Origin: a virus
Length of the DNA stretch: 64,000 bases
Strand: one strand, 5' to 3'
Virus record (IMG/VR): IMGVR_UViG_3300037184_000121
Coordinates: 32,001-96,000 of that record
Shown here one piece after another: positions 18,589 through 28,291 of this stretch. The notes beneath the pieces are model-generated. The model worked only from the letters and a program-made list of their open reading frames with translations, searched no databases and had not been told where the DNA came from. How positions within the stretch are numbered: the stretch's first letter is position 1; each line of letters begins with the position of its first letter. Position numbers and translations under genes: made by a program.

Positions 18589-20017
18589 TGTGAAGAGCCA
18601 GCTTGTGGGTGAACTTGATCCCAGAGTGATCTCAGCCCTACGTGCTAAACTATCTGCAGAGATGGTTGGAGCCTTTTTTGCTCGTCGAGCCAATCCCTAT
18701 GCAGGAGTCAGATACTTTTTCACTCCAAAGACTCAGATGTTTCCTACAGGCATGATCCATTACGTGCGTGATATTCTTGATAAATATGGAGTTGCTTGGG
18801 AGATCGTTGATTTACGTCCTATTGCACAGCCTGGGACTGAAATGCCTTTGCATGGTGTAATCCTACGTGATTATCAGCAGGAAGCGGTAGATCTAGCTGT
18901 CCAGAAGCAACGAGGTATCATAAGAGCTGGTACGGGGGCAGGTAAGAGTGCTGTTCTATCAGGTATCATTGGTCGGCTGAATATGAAGACTCTCATCCTG
19001 ATCCATAAGCAAGACATCTTCTATCAGTTGATCAGAACCTTTGAGAAAAATCTTCAGATACCTATTGGAAAGATCGGTGACGGTGAATGCGAATTTCAGA
19101 ATGTGACGGTAGCTATGGTTCAGACAGTTGCTCATGTCTTCAATCCAAAGGTTAAGGTCCTGGCAAAGGATAATAAGATTCTGAAGGAGAAGGCAGACGT
19201 TATTAGGCAGTTTCTTTCAGGTGTCGAGTGTGTTCTGGTAGATGAAGCCCATCATATTGCTGCAGATACCTTTTGGGATGTAATGCAGAATATTCCTAAA
19301 GCTACCTATCGTATCGGGGTGACAGCGACTGCATTTAGGGAAGATAATATGGATCTGATGCTTGAGGGAGCCTTGGCGAAGAAATTTGTGGACATCTCTT
19401 CCTCTGATTTGATTGATCGTAAATTTTTAGTCCCTCCGTCTATCTATCTGTATCCCATAGATCATCCAAGGCGTAAAAAAGATGATCCCTATGCTGTTGT
19501 CTATGGTGAAGAGATCGTTAACAACATAGAACGTAATATGCTGATCTGCAATCTCGCTCTGAAGGCTAAACATGCAGGGAAAGCTGTGCTGATAGCGGTG
19601 ACACAGATTGAGCATGGAGAAACTTTAGAAAAGCTGTTGCAATCTGTAGATAAATCTGCTATATTTGTTAATGGTCAGTCAAAATCTGAAACCCGTAAGC
19701 AGATTCTGCAAGAGCTTGGTCAGGGTACAGTGAGAATTGTTGTGGCTACAAATATCTACTCAGAAGGAGTGGATATGCCAGCTCTGTCAGTCTTAATAAA
19801 CGCTGCAGGAGCTGCCTCTGGCATTCATTCCTTGCAGTTGCTTGGTCGAGTGCTTAGAACAGCTCCAGGTAAGACGAAAGCCTGGGTTGTGGATTTGCAA
19901 GATGATGGGAAGTTTTTAAACAATCATTCAAAGGAACGGGTCAACATTTATACGACGGAACCTCGTTATAAACTGATTCCTGTGAAGGATATTTCGGAGG
20001 TGAATTTTAATGACTAA
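18566..20017 (+). CDS. SF2 DNA helicase (UvsW/Rad25-like)
   Basis: LRDYQ, GTGAGKS, DEAH, TAT, EGVD.P, QLLGRVLR. Confidence 0.92.
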   Translation: MIIINVSNVKSQLVGELDPRVISALRAKLSAEMVGAFFARRANPYAGVRYFFTPKTQMFPTGMIHYVRDILDKYGVAWEIVDLRPIAQPGTEMPLHGVILRDYQQEAVDLAVQKQRGIIRAGTGAGKSAVLSGIIGRLNMKTLILIHKQDIFYQLIRTFEKNLQIPIGKIGDGECEFQNVTVAMVQTVAHVFNPKVKVLAKDNKILKEKADVIRQFLSGVECVLVDEAHHIAADTFWDVMQNIPKATYRIGVTATAFREDNMDLMLEGALAKKFVDISSSDLIDRKFLVPPSIYLYPIDHPRRKKDDPYAVVYGEEIVNNIERNMLICNLALKAKHAGKAVLIAVTQIEHGETLEKLLQSVDKSAIFVNGQSKSETRKQILQELGQGTVRIVVATNIYSEGVDMPALSVLINAAGAASGIHSLQLLGRVLRTAPGKTKAWVVDLQDDGKFLNNHSKERVNIYTTEPRYKLIPVKDISEVNFND

Positions 20018-20654
20018 GATTGATTGCATCAGTGACTTGCATATGTACTTTGGGCCTAAGCTCGAAGGTGGGGATATTCTCATTATGTCGGGGGATATTT
20101 CATTTGTCGGCAATGCTATAGACTTTGCTGAGTTCGATTTTTGGCTTGGCAAGATCAAGCACCAGTATAAAGCTATTATTGTGACTCCAGGAAATCATGA
20201 TCTGGGCAGTCAGCGTAATCCTTCCTTGTTTAAATCATTGATTACGAATGCTACCTATTTGGTGAATGAACCTGCTACCATCTTGGGTCTGAAGTTCTGG
20301 GTAAGTCCGATGACACCTACCTTTATGAATTGGGCATGGATGGCAGACCGTGGTGCATCGATTAAGAGATATTGGGACATGATCCCTGAAGGAACGGATG
20401 TAATTGTGACACATGGACCACCATTTGGTATTTTGGATGCTTGCCCTGACATGGATGATTCTACAAAGCTGGTAAACGTCGGATGTGAGGAACTTTTGAA
20501 AGCGGTGCAGCGAATTAAGCCTCGCTTGCACATTTTTGGACATATTCATGAGGGTCATGGTCAAGTCACGATTGATGGAACTACTTTTATCAATGCTTCC
20601 ATTATGAATGGTCAGTATCAGCCAGTGAATAGTCCGATTACAATAAATATTTAA
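20010..20654 (+). CDS. Metallophosphoesterase
   Basis: SDLH, GD, PGNHD, THGPP, FGHIHE. Confidence 0.9.
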   Translation: MTKIDCISDLHMYFGPKLEGGDILIMSGDISFVGNAIDFAEFDFWLGKIKHQYKAIIVTPGNHDLGSQRNPSLFKSLITNATYLVNEPATILGLKFWVSPMTPTFMNWAWMADRGASIKRYWDMIPEGTDVIVTHGPPFGILDACPDMDDSTKLVNVGCEELLKAVQRIKPRLHIFGHIHEGHGQVTIDGTTFINASIMNGQYQPVNSPITINI

Positions 20655-20663
20655 AATTAGCTA

Positions 20664-20692
20664 TTGACAGAAAGTTATTTACCTGATATAAT
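20664..20692 (+). promoter_or_regulatory. Perfect-consensus sigma70 promoter
   Basis: TTGACA-N17-TATAAT with extended TG; predicted +1 near G20699. Confidence 0.9.
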
Positions 20693-20698
20693 TATAGT

Positions 20699-20785
20699 GA
20701 GTGGTGTACAGCGTAATGGGGAACGGTGCCCCATCCCTTTATAAGGGGTTGCTCATAGATACGAGTTCGACTCTCCTCACCCTCA
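20699..20785 (+). ncRNA. Degenerate tRNA-like RNA (anticodon position TAT)
   Basis: GAG(T)GGTG/CACCCTC acceptor, CAGCG/CGGTG D-stem, ATCCC-TTTATAA-GGGGT anticodon arm, ACGAG-TTCGACT-CTCCT T-arm; several mismatches, no CCA. Confidence 0.6.
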
Positions 20786-20826
20786 AAATTTTGTATGTGT
20801 TAAATGAAATAATAGAGGTGATCCAA

Positions 20827-21822
20827 GTGAAAAAGTTACTAGCCGTACTAGCCGTGGTTTTAGTGTCGAGGTTTAGTTTTGCAGATCCGTCTACAATTGG
20901 TACACAACCACCTTCAGCTGGGTGGAATTTCGGTAACGTAACTTATGGACAAGAGGGGGGATCTCTTATCCTTAATTCATTGAGTGATCGTTATGGGATT
21001 GCACAGTTTCAAACTGCAAATACCAACGGTCAAACTACTCAAATGCTTGGGAACGCAGATTACATCCCAGAAGCAGCCGTTAAGAATCAATTGGCGATTG
21101 ATGGCTACACTCAGGCATGGGATTATAATCCTCAGTATGCGGGGATTGATGCTTCCTATTACAATCAGTCCCTCCCTACGAATATTCCTTTAACTGAATT
21201 AAGCTTTACTGGACTGGCAGGAGATCCAACTGCTCTGCAAAACGTCTATGTTCCTACTTCTGAATACAATGCTCTGTCAGCTCAGGGGCAAGCAGCCAGT
21301 ATCAGCACTTTGAATACTGGTCTTGCCACCACGAATACCCAGGTGGCAGCAAATACAGCAGGTATCACTTCCATAAATAATATGAGTGATCCTACAACAG
21401 TGTTGAACCAGGCTGTGAATGGTAACACTGTAGCGATTGCAAATGAAACAGTTAGAGCTACAACCACAGAGAATTCTTTGTACACAGGGCTTAATAATGA
21501 AACAGCACGAGCCCAAGGTGCCGAAGCTGGGCTGCAGAATCAGGTTAATGCTACCAATAGTAAGGTAGCTAACCTAGATAACCGTGTTGACAAGTTGGAA
21601 CAGGTTAAGGCTATGGTTGATATGAATGTACGTATTCTTGATGCAAAGAAGTATTCAGTAGGTTTCTTTGATACTTGGGATGTGTCCAATAGTAGGAACT
21701 TTGCCTTTGGTGCTCGTTTGACATACAAGCTTGGTTCGTCGTATGAGGAACGTCAACTTGAGAAGCAGCAGAAGCAGATTGAAGCCTTACAGCGAGTATT
21801 GACCAAGATTGCTAATCAGTAA
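20827..21822 (+). CDS. Secreted coiled-coil protein, trimeric-autotransporter-like
   Basis: GAGGTG SD + GTG; signal peptide MKKLLAVLAVVLVSRFSFA; NET.RA..AE stalk repeats; C-terminal beta-strands. Confidence 0.55.
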   Translation: MKKLLAVLAVVLVSRFSFADPSTIGTQPPSAGWNFGNVTYGQEGGSLILNSLSDRYGIAQFQTANTNGQTTQMLGNADYIPEAAVKNQLAIDGYTQAWDYNPQYAGIDASYYNQSLPTNIPLTELSFTGLAGDPTALQNVYVPTSEYNALSAQGQAASISTLNTGLATTNTQVAANTAGITSINNMSDPTTVLNQAVNGNTVAIANETVRATTTENSLYTGLNNETARAQGAEAGLQNQVNATNSKVANLDNRVDKLEQVKAMVDMNVRILDAKKYSVGFFDTWDVSNSRNFAFGARLTYKLGSSYEERQLEKQQKQIEALQRVLTKIANQ

Positions 21823-21830
21823 ATTAGCCC

Positions 21831-21859
21831 TTGACAAAAGTAGATAAGTATGATAGACT
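21831..21859 (+). promoter_or_regulatory. sigma70-type promoter, predicted leaderless
   Basis: TTGACA-N17-TAGACT; ATG 5 nt downstream. Confidence 0.8.
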
Positions 21860-21864
21860 GTAGT

Positions 21865-22020
21865 ATGAAGAAATTACCTTATCAGACAAAAGCGAAATGT
21901 CCAGTGTGCAATGAATTCAAATGGACGGATTTAAAATCTAAACAAAGGGCAGCTAGAGGTTGGTCTTGTACTGATTGTGTAGCTAAGAAATTTGGTATAA
22001 CCTTTGAGGAAAGACAATGA
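21865..22020 (+). CDS. 51-aa zinc-ribbon protein (not in ORF track)
   Basis: MKKLPYQTKAKCPVC...WSCTDC...; ATGA overlap with next ORF. Confidence 0.65.
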   Translation: MKKLPYQTKAKCPVCNEFKWTDLKSKQRAARGWSCTDCVAKKFGITFEERQ

Positions 22021-22201
22021 GTGAGACAGACGATATTTTTGATATTGATGATTTCCTAAAAAAGAAGAAAGCTCCTGCTTATATTCAGAAAGTATGGGAT
22101 AAGCATCTAAGATATCTCAATGAGTGTGAGCAAGCTGCAGAAAAAGGTTTAGAAATAACCCAAGCTCTTAGAACTATTAAAACTGCTCTTGAGAAAATTA
22201 A

Positions 22202-22390
22202 ATGAGCTTTATAACTAACGACAATACATGTGAGTGTGGGCATCCGAAATCGAACCATGTTTATAACAACAAGTTCGAATCAGTCTGGTGTGAGCTGAAT
22301 CAGAAGGTGTGTGATTGTTGGCAATACAAAGCGAGATATGTTGAGAGTAGAGAATATGTGGATCTTCAAATAGTTAGGGATTACAAATAA
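22202..22390 (+). CDS. CxCGH microprotein (no NLxYLE tag)
   Basis: CECGH....H...WC....CDC..Y. Confidence 0.6.
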   Translation: MSFITNDNTCECGHPKSNHVYNNKFESVWCELNQKVCDCWQYKARYVESREYVDLQIVRDYK

Positions 22391-22636
22391 CTCAAGGGAG
22401 GGTTATCCAATGGCTCATAAACCTTATACAGCAGCAGAGAAGGCTAGGATTGTGGCGAAGGGAGAAGCAAGACTTGGGAATCAGCATTTCATTGGGATGA
22501 CTGAGGTTGTTCCTGAAGTGCAAGTTCTTGAAACCTCAGAGCAGAAGGCTGAAAAGGCGCAAGCAAAGTTTCATGCTATGTACACTGATTTATTCGCTAA
22601 AGCGATTACTAATCTGCAGGATGGTCGGGATCTGAG

Positions 22637-22957
22637 GTGAAGATCCTAATTTCTATTCTGTGTTTAGGTCTATTGACTCCTGTGTATGCTGCAGAGTCAT
22701 ATCAGGACCTATCCAGGGAATATAATCAGGTCTATAGAGAGTTTCTTAGAAATAAGATTGAGAAGTTTCCTAAGAAAGCGACTATAGCGATTTTCTTGAA
22801 GGATGGAACGAGTGTAAAGGGAACCTTTGAAGGCTTTTCCAAATATGATGATGGTGTTTGGATTATGCCTCTGGGTAAGCATGGATTATTTGCAGATGAG
22901 GCATATGATATTCGGCAGATCCAGGATGTAAGTCTAATTATACTAAGGAGAATCTAA
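22637..22957 (+). CDS. Secreted protein with Sm/LSm-like motif
   Basis: Signal peptide; IFLKDGTSVKGTF.GF resembles Sm1. Confidence 0.45.
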   Translation: MKILISILCLGLLTPVYAAESYQDLSREYNQVYREFLRNKIEKFPKKATIAIFLKDGTSVKGTFEGFSKYDDGVWIMPLGKHGLFADEAYDIRQIQDVSLIILRRI

Positions 22958-23111
22958 TGAAAGAGAAATTATTGCTTGCATTATTCTTTGTATTGGTGGG
23001 GGGGAGTTTTGTTGCTATTACCCTCTCTGTCACAAAATTATTCGTTGCTAACGTGAATAGTGTAACAACAAGTTATTTTCCAGAAGGAAACTCTGGCATA
23101 GGTGAATAGTC

Positions 23112-23609
23112 ATGAATTATGGGGAGTTCTTAGCAGAAGCTCTTGGTGGTATTTTAATCTCCTATAAAGAGCATGGTAGCTCTCAGGGAGATTATGTTGC
23201 GATCATTGAAAAAGATCATGACTGGCATATTTATAAAGGGAGTTATGGATCTTGTACTGGTTGTGATTGGTTAAAGGGTACTCGAATTTATAGTGAAGAA
23301 GACTACAAGAAGTATGATCAAGATACGTATGATAGGGAAGCTCTTGAGAAGTGCGAAATCCTTCAATCGGTTAAGGACGAATATTTAAAAGAGAATGAGC
23401 CTTTCCTTATCATTCCAAAGTCTCAGATGCCTGAAACCTTAGAAGATTTGAAAGCTCTTTTGCCAGCGAACACAAGAACGATTGCTGACGAGAATTATAA
23501 TGACTTGGATTTGGATGCAGTGATTTTTGAGCAGATGAAAAATTTTCGATTGAATAACTTAGAGTATTTAGAAAAGAAAATTGAAGGCAAGGAGAGTTAT
23601 GGCGAATAA
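23112..23609 (+). CDS. Hypothetical protein with C-terminal NLEYLE tag
   Basis: YGSCTGCD motif; ends LNNLEYLEKKIE... Confidence 0.65.
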   Translation: MNYGEFLAEALGGILISYKEHGSSQGDYVAIIEKDHDWHIYKGSYGSCTGCDWLKGTRIYSEEDYKKYDQDTYDREALEKCEILQSVKDEYLKENEPFLIIPKSQMPETLEDLKALLPANTRTIADENYNDLDLDAVIFEQMKNFRLNNLEYLEKKIEGKESYGE

Positions 23610-23969
23610 AGGTGATAAGTTCTTAGCTAAGAGCATTGTTCCTCATGTCCAGGATCAGATTGTGGAATTTGTTGGCATTCAGGAGATCGGGATCGAGGAT
23701 TATCCTTCATTCGCTATTTATAATTTGACACAGGATATAGCAGGGCACCCAAAGAATAGTACCGTTAGTAAGTCTACTCTTATCGATTACGGTTTTGTTC
23801 TGCCTGAAGAGGCACCATAAAGGAGAGATGAGTATGAAAAAACTACTGAAGAAAGTCCTAATTAGCAAGAGGGAGAAGATTCCAGTTCAAGATCCTGTAC
23901 AGGTACTTATTGCTCGTTTATGTGATCCTTTAGATCCCATATATGATGCAGAATTTGTAAAAGGTATGA

Positions 23970-24431
23970 ATGAAACAAATCCCTTTAACACAAAATAAAG
24001 TAGCTCTAGTAGATGATGACACCTATGAGGCTATTGGTTCCTTGAAATGGTATGCCCTTAAGGATAAGCAAAGATGGTATGCAGGTCGGGCTGTAGGCTC
24101 TGGTATTAGAGCAATAATGCGTATGCATCATTGCATTGTTGGTCAACCCTTAAATAATGATGAGGTAGATCACATTGATGGTGATGGTCTGAATAATCAA
24201 AGATCGAATTTAAGGATTGTTTCTAAAAGATTAAATCAAGGTAATCAGATAAATAGAATCAACCCTAAATCTTCAAAATATGTTGGAGTTTCTTTTAGAA
24301 AAGCAACTGGAAGATGGGAAGCAGGTCTTAAGATTAATAATAAAAGAAAACATCTAGGATATTTTTTCTCCGAACAAGAAGCACATGAAGCTTACTTAAA
24401 CGCTTTAAGTAATTTAAATGAAAATAAGTAA
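23970..24431 (+). CDS. HNH-AP2 homing endonuclease
   Basis: ALVDD, MHH, VDHIDGDGLNNQRSNLR, SKYVGVS...W.A...HLGYF...A..AY. Confidence 0.92.
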   Translation: MKQIPLTQNKVALVDDDTYEAIGSLKWYALKDKQRWYAGRAVGSGIRAIMRMHHCIVGQPLNNDEVDHIDGDGLNNQRSNLRIVSKRLNQGNQINRINPKSSKYVGVSFRKATGRWEAGLKINNKRKHLGYFFSEQEAHEAYLNALSNLNENK

Positions 24432-24572
24432 TAATGGTAGTTTCTTAGACGTATCAGTATCTCACGGTTTGTTTAATATGAATGCCCAGGTCAAATTGGT
24501 AAACCTTTTGATTGGGTACGCTATATTAGGTTTGATTATTGCTGTCCGTTGGTATCGTAAACATAAAAATAA

Positions 24573-25745
24573 ATGAACTTTCTATTTGTCCTTGCAGCAC
24601 TAGTTCACTTCAGTCAGGGTATTGCGTCCCTGGCTGGTCAACCTTTATACTATTACCTGAGAGAACACCTGGGTATCAGCGTTTCCACTATTATGCTGAT
24701 TGGTTCACTCACGAATCTACCATGGATGCTGAAACCTTTGTATGGATTCCTTAGTGACTCATACCCCATTTTTTCCCTCCGTCGTAAACCCTACATTTTT
24801 ATCAGTGGAGCTATCTGTAGCATTATGGCCCTTGTGATCGGGCTTTCCCCTATTGTTTCCCTTAGCGTGTTGATCGGATTCCTTTTCATTTATGCCATTG
24901 GGCAAGCAGGAGATAATGTTGCCGTGAATGGTCTTGTGGTGGAGCAGGGGGTGAAGGATGGGACTGTGGGCAAGTATCAAAGTGTCCAATGGGCAAGCCT
25001 TGGTGTAGCGACTATCATTACAGGTATCCTGGGCGGCTATATCTCTGAAAAGGCTGATTATCACTTTGCCTATTTGGTGATTGCTTTATTTCCTGCATCT
25101 ATTATGGTGCTATCCTTCTGGCTCAAAGAAGAGAAGTGTAAGAAGATTATCAGAACGATTGGTTCTATGCATCCTACTAAAGAGTTTTTTGTTAAGCTGA
25201 ATAATCGGCAGCTCATCCTTTCAACTGCTTTCCTATTCCTGTTTTGGTTTGATCCATCCTTTGGGACTCCATTAATGGACAAGATGCGTAACACCCTTCA
25301 TTTTTCGAAGATTTGGATTGGATGGCTGGATACCATTGGCTCAGCATTTGGTATCGTTGGAGCGTTGATTTATTTTAAGTACAATAAGGGTCTAAATGTT
25401 AAAAAATGGCTGTATTATAGCGTTATTTTGAATGGTATCTTTACATTCGCCTATCTGTGGCTTACTCCCACAACTATACTGATTTATAGTGTTGTTTTTA
25501 ATGTCACTGGTCAGTTTACTCATCTTTTGATGCTTGGGATGATGGCCTATATGTGTCCAGAGGGCACTGAAGCCACTACATTTGCCCTTCTAACGGCTAT
25601 TGTTAACTTTGGGTCATTCTGTTCAGGCATCGTTGGGGCAAAGTTATTTGGGCTATTTGGATACAATGGATTGGTCATTATTTCGGCAGCAGCAGGGTTT
25701 CTCTGTTTGCCATTTATACCATTTCTACAGGTGCGAAATAAATAA
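24573..25745 (+). CDS. MFS transporter, folate/biopterin (BT1/FBT)-like
   Basis: About 12 TM segments; LPWMLKPLYGFLSDSYPIF..RRKPY and CPEG.EAT.FALL signatures. Confidence 0.85.
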   Translation: MNFLFVLAALVHFSQGIASLAGQPLYYYLREHLGISVSTIMLIGSLTNLPWMLKPLYGFLSDSYPIFSLRRKPYIFISGAICSIMALVIGLSPIVSLSVLIGFLFIYAIGQAGDNVAVNGLVVEQGVKDGTVGKYQSVQWASLGVATIITGILGGYISEKADYHFAYLVIALFPASIMVLSFWLKEEKCKKIIRTIGSMHPTKEFFVKLNNRQLILSTAFLFLFWFDPSFGTPLMDKMRNTLHFSKIWIGWLDTIGSAFGIVGALIYFKYNKGLNVKKWLYYSVILNGIFTFAYLWLTPTTILIYSVVFNVTGQFTHLLMLGMMAYMCPEGTEATTFALLTAIVNFGSFCSGIVGAKLFGLFGYNGLVIISAAAGFLCLPFIPFLQVRNK

Positions 25746-25790
25746 AGCTTGCAAATAACGAGCAAGTGTGAAGAGAGCTAAAAATAAGCC

Positions 25791-25819
25791 TTGACAAGAT
25801 AACAATCTTGTGTTATACT
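25791..25819 (+). promoter_or_regulatory. sigma70-type promoter, predicted leaderless
   Basis: TTGACA-N17-TATACT; ATG 25825 5 nt downstream; spacer contains AGATAACAAT. Confidence 0.85.
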
Positions 25820-25824
25820 GAAGT

Positions 25825-26043
25825 ATGGATAAATGTTTTGCATGTGGTAAGAAAATAGATAAAGAACCTCGTTTAGCTTTTACATTTGAAGGTGAGCAGG
25901 TTTTTGTTGGCTCAAATTGCTATAAGCATATTTCGAATATGACAATCCATGGATGGCAATATTCAGAAGATAAACCACGATTGTATACAACTATGTTGCC
26001 TCTGTGTAATTGTCATTGGCCTTGGAAAGGGAGGACACAATGA
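25825..26043 (+). CDS. Small Cys-containing protein
   Basis: CFACG...VGSNC; ATG at predicted +1. Confidence 0.6.
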   Translation: MDKCFACGKKIDKEPRLAFTFEGEQVFVGSNCYKHISNMTIHGWQYSEDKPRLYTTMLPLCNCHWPWKGRTQ

Positions 26044-26333
26044 AAAAACTAAAAATGAATAATGATTTATGTCAATTGTGCCAAGAGCGTGAGCATAATA
26101 CTATTGTGACCTTCGATATAAATACTTGTGCTGATTTGAACACTCCAGAATTCGTTTGCGATATTTGCCATGAGCTTAGATTAATTCAAAAGGGATGGAT
26201 TCAGGATAAAAGAACTAGTAATTGGGTAAATCCTAAGTTTGCAGAGAAAAATACAGGAGATGCTTGCATTATGTGTAGGGCTGCTATGCATAAACAATGT
26301 GAAGCAGAAGGTTGTGAGTGTCAGGATTGCTAA
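26040..26333 (+). CDS. Cys-rich hypothetical protein
   Basis: CQLC, CDIC, CIMC...H..C...CECQDC; GGAGG SD. Confidence 0.6.
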   Translation: MKKLKMNNDLCQLCQEREHNTIVTFDINTCADLNTPEFVCDICHELRLIQKGWIQDKRTSNWVNPKFAEKNTGDACIMCRAAMHKQCEAEGCECQDC

Positions 26334-26342
26334 AATAATCCC

Positions 26343-26371
26343 TTGACAAGATAACAATGTTCTGTTATACT
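26343..26371 (+). promoter_or_regulatory. sigma70-type promoter, predicted leaderless or near-leaderless
   Basis: TTGACA-N17-TATACT; ATG 26379 7 nt downstream; spacer AGATAACAAT. Confidence 0.85.
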
Positions 26372-26378
26372 GAAATAT

Positions 26379-26609
26379 ATGAAAAAACTAATTTCTATTA
26401 TAATTATTCTGTTTAGTTTGAATTCTATTGTGAATGCAACTGAGCTTCGTTATGTCCCACCTCAACCAGTTCAGAATAGCAGCAATGGAAATTCTCACAC
26501 AGCGGATTATGTAGCTATTTCAGTGGGCATTGCGGCATTGATTATTTGGATATACCAGATGCATCATAAGCATAAACAAGAGACAGAAATATTGAAAGGG
26601 AGGATTTAA
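26379..26609 (+). CDS. Small exported membrane-anchored protein
   Basis: Signal peptide plus one C-proximal TM segment. Confidence 0.55.
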   Translation: MKKLISIIIILFSLNSIVNATELRYVPPQPVQNSSNGNSHTADYVAISVGIAALIIWIYQMHHKHKQETEILKGRI

Positions 26610-26975
26610 AAATGAGAGGTCATAAATGTACTCAGAATCCAAGTCAACCATTTCGTGTCTCTCTTAATACTGACGGAATACCTGTGGTTAATTGCACTCA
26701 GGTTAAAAATCGTATCCGAGGAATTAGTAAGCAGGATTTTACAAGTTTTGATGCGGCTATAATGTTTAATCGCTTGCATGAATTGGGGGCAAGAGTAGGC
26801 AAGATCAATGACTTGCTCATCACCTTTGATGGCATTGCAAAGCATTGGGCTTGGAAACTAGAAAAGCTTGAATGGAATGTTAATCGTAGGCAGATTCGAG
26901 ATGCTATTGAATTAGTCTCTAGGAGAAAAGGATCTCTTGGTAATGGACCTTCAGAACAACTGGAAGGAGAATAAT

Positions 26976-27488
26976 ATGCTAAAAGGAACTCATCATTTAA
27001 AAGAGACACGTCTTGCCATTAGTTATTCAAAGCAAGGAGTTCTTTTTACTAAAGAGCATAGTGGTAAAATAAGTAAAGCTCTTAAGAATAAACACAAAAC
27101 TCTTGCTCATCGTAAAGCTATTAGCTTGGGTCGAAGAAATGGTCTTAAAAGGAATAGGGTAGTTTGTAAGATAGAGAAAGGAATTAGTAGAATGAATGTT
27201 CCTTTGCGTTATTTTTTGTCTAAATTGAAGATGAAGTTGACCAATAGAAATGAGTCTAGATTTTTGAGGATAAAAAAGACCATTTTAAATTTTGTCCAGA
27301 CACATAAACGTTTACCTCATAAGCATTCTTCCTATAATTATGCAGAGCTGCCAGATTGGTCTAAAAAAGAACGGGTATTAAATTATCGGTTGTCTTATTT
27401 CACTAGTAAAGGCTCTGGATTTGATCCTAGATTTAAACAGCAGCTTGAAGATTTGCGTAGTGAACTTGGTATTGGAAGAGGGATTTAA
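26976..27488 (+). CDS. NUMOD3-like repeat basic protein
   Basis: H..ETR.AIS, EH..KISKAL, AHRKAIS repeats. Confidence 0.55.
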   Translation: MLKGTHHLKETRLAISYSKQGVLFTKEHSGKISKALKNKHKTLAHRKAISLGRRNGLKRNRVVCKIEKGISRMNVPLRYFLSKLKMKLTNRNESRFLRIKKTILNFVQTHKRLPHKHSSYNYAELPDWSKKERVLNYRLSYFTSKGSGFDPRFKQQLEDLRSELGIGRGI

Positions 27489-27493
27489 AAGAG

Positions 27494-27676
27494 ATGATTA
27501 GGTATTTTGTCAAAAGTCAACGGTTTCAATTTAGCGTTAAGGATGAATTTTTATGTGGTGGGAAACCACTATGGGATCAGACACTGATGGATTTAGCAGG
27601 GATTGGTATAAATTATATTCCAGCGGATAATTTAAAATATTTAGAAAAGTGTTGGGAAGAATCTATAAATGAATAG
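27494..27676 (+). CDS. Microprotein, NLxYLE family (no Cys scaffold)
   Basis: YIPADNLKYLEKCWEE. Confidence 0.65.
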   Translation: MIRYFVKSQRFQFSVKDEFLCGGKPLWDQTLMDLAGIGINYIPADNLKYLEKCWEESINE

Positions 27677-27884
27677 TATTCCTTGTAAATGTAGTCATGG
27701 ATTAGAGGAGCATTTTCTAAATTCATCAAATAGGATTACATGCAGAGTGTGTGCTGCTCCAATATTTAGCATGAGCAAGGAAGAATGGAATTTAAAAAAG
27801 AAAGAATTAAGGTTTTATTGGGTACATCCATACAAGAGAGATAACCTCAAATATTTGGAGCAGTTGGTGAGTAACAATGACTGA
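27669..27884 (+). CDS. Cys/His microprotein, NLxYLE family
   Basis: CKCSH....H...CRVC...HPYKRDNLKYLE. Confidence 0.7.
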   Translation: MNSIPCKCSHGLEEHFLNSSNRITCRVCAAPIFSMSKEEWNLKKKELRFYWVHPYKRDNLKYLEQLVSNND

Positions 27885-28104
27885 GCAAGAGCGTCAAGAA
27901 CAGCGCATTAACTTTTATAAAATAAGGGCTATGTCTCCTTGCCTCTGCAGCCATGAATCTATCGATCATACCTGTTGGGTAGATGCTGATGGAAGTGGAA
28001 AAGGACTTGTGTATCCTGATTTTAGATACTGTGACACAAGGTATTGTGAATGTGAGAAGTATAAACAAGACAATCTAAGATACCTGGAGAGTTTAAGTGA
28101 GTAA
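27877..28104 (+). CDS. Cys/His microprotein, NLxYLE family
   Basis: CLCSH....H...C....CECEKYKQDNLRYLE. Confidence 0.7.
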   Translation: MTEQERQEQRINFYKIRAMSPCLCSHESIDHTCWVDADGSGKGLVYPDFRYCDTRYCECEKYKQDNLRYLESLSE

Positions 28105-28291
28105 AGATTTTCCTTGTGAGTGTGGACACATAAGGCAGTCAGAGGAAACCCTCAACAGTATTTGTGTATCATGGCATGATGATAGAGATAATGATCATCA
28201 ATTAGCTGCATGTCGCTACTGTGATTGTAAGAGATACAGACCAAGTAATTTAAAGTATTTAGAAAGGTTGGCTGAAAAGTATGAATATTGA
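28097..28291 (+). CDS. Cys/His microprotein, NLxYLE family
   Basis: CECGH...CRYCDCKRYRPSNLKYLE. Confidence 0.7.
   Translation: MSKDFPCECGHIRQSEETLNSICVSWHDDRDNDHQLAACRYCDCKRYRPSNLKYLERLAEKYEY

Noticed and set aside
20701-20826. N-terminal 42 codons of the 373-aa ORF as called in the track
   Set aside because: They overlap the tRNA-like element; the SD and signal peptide indicate the real start is GTG 20827.
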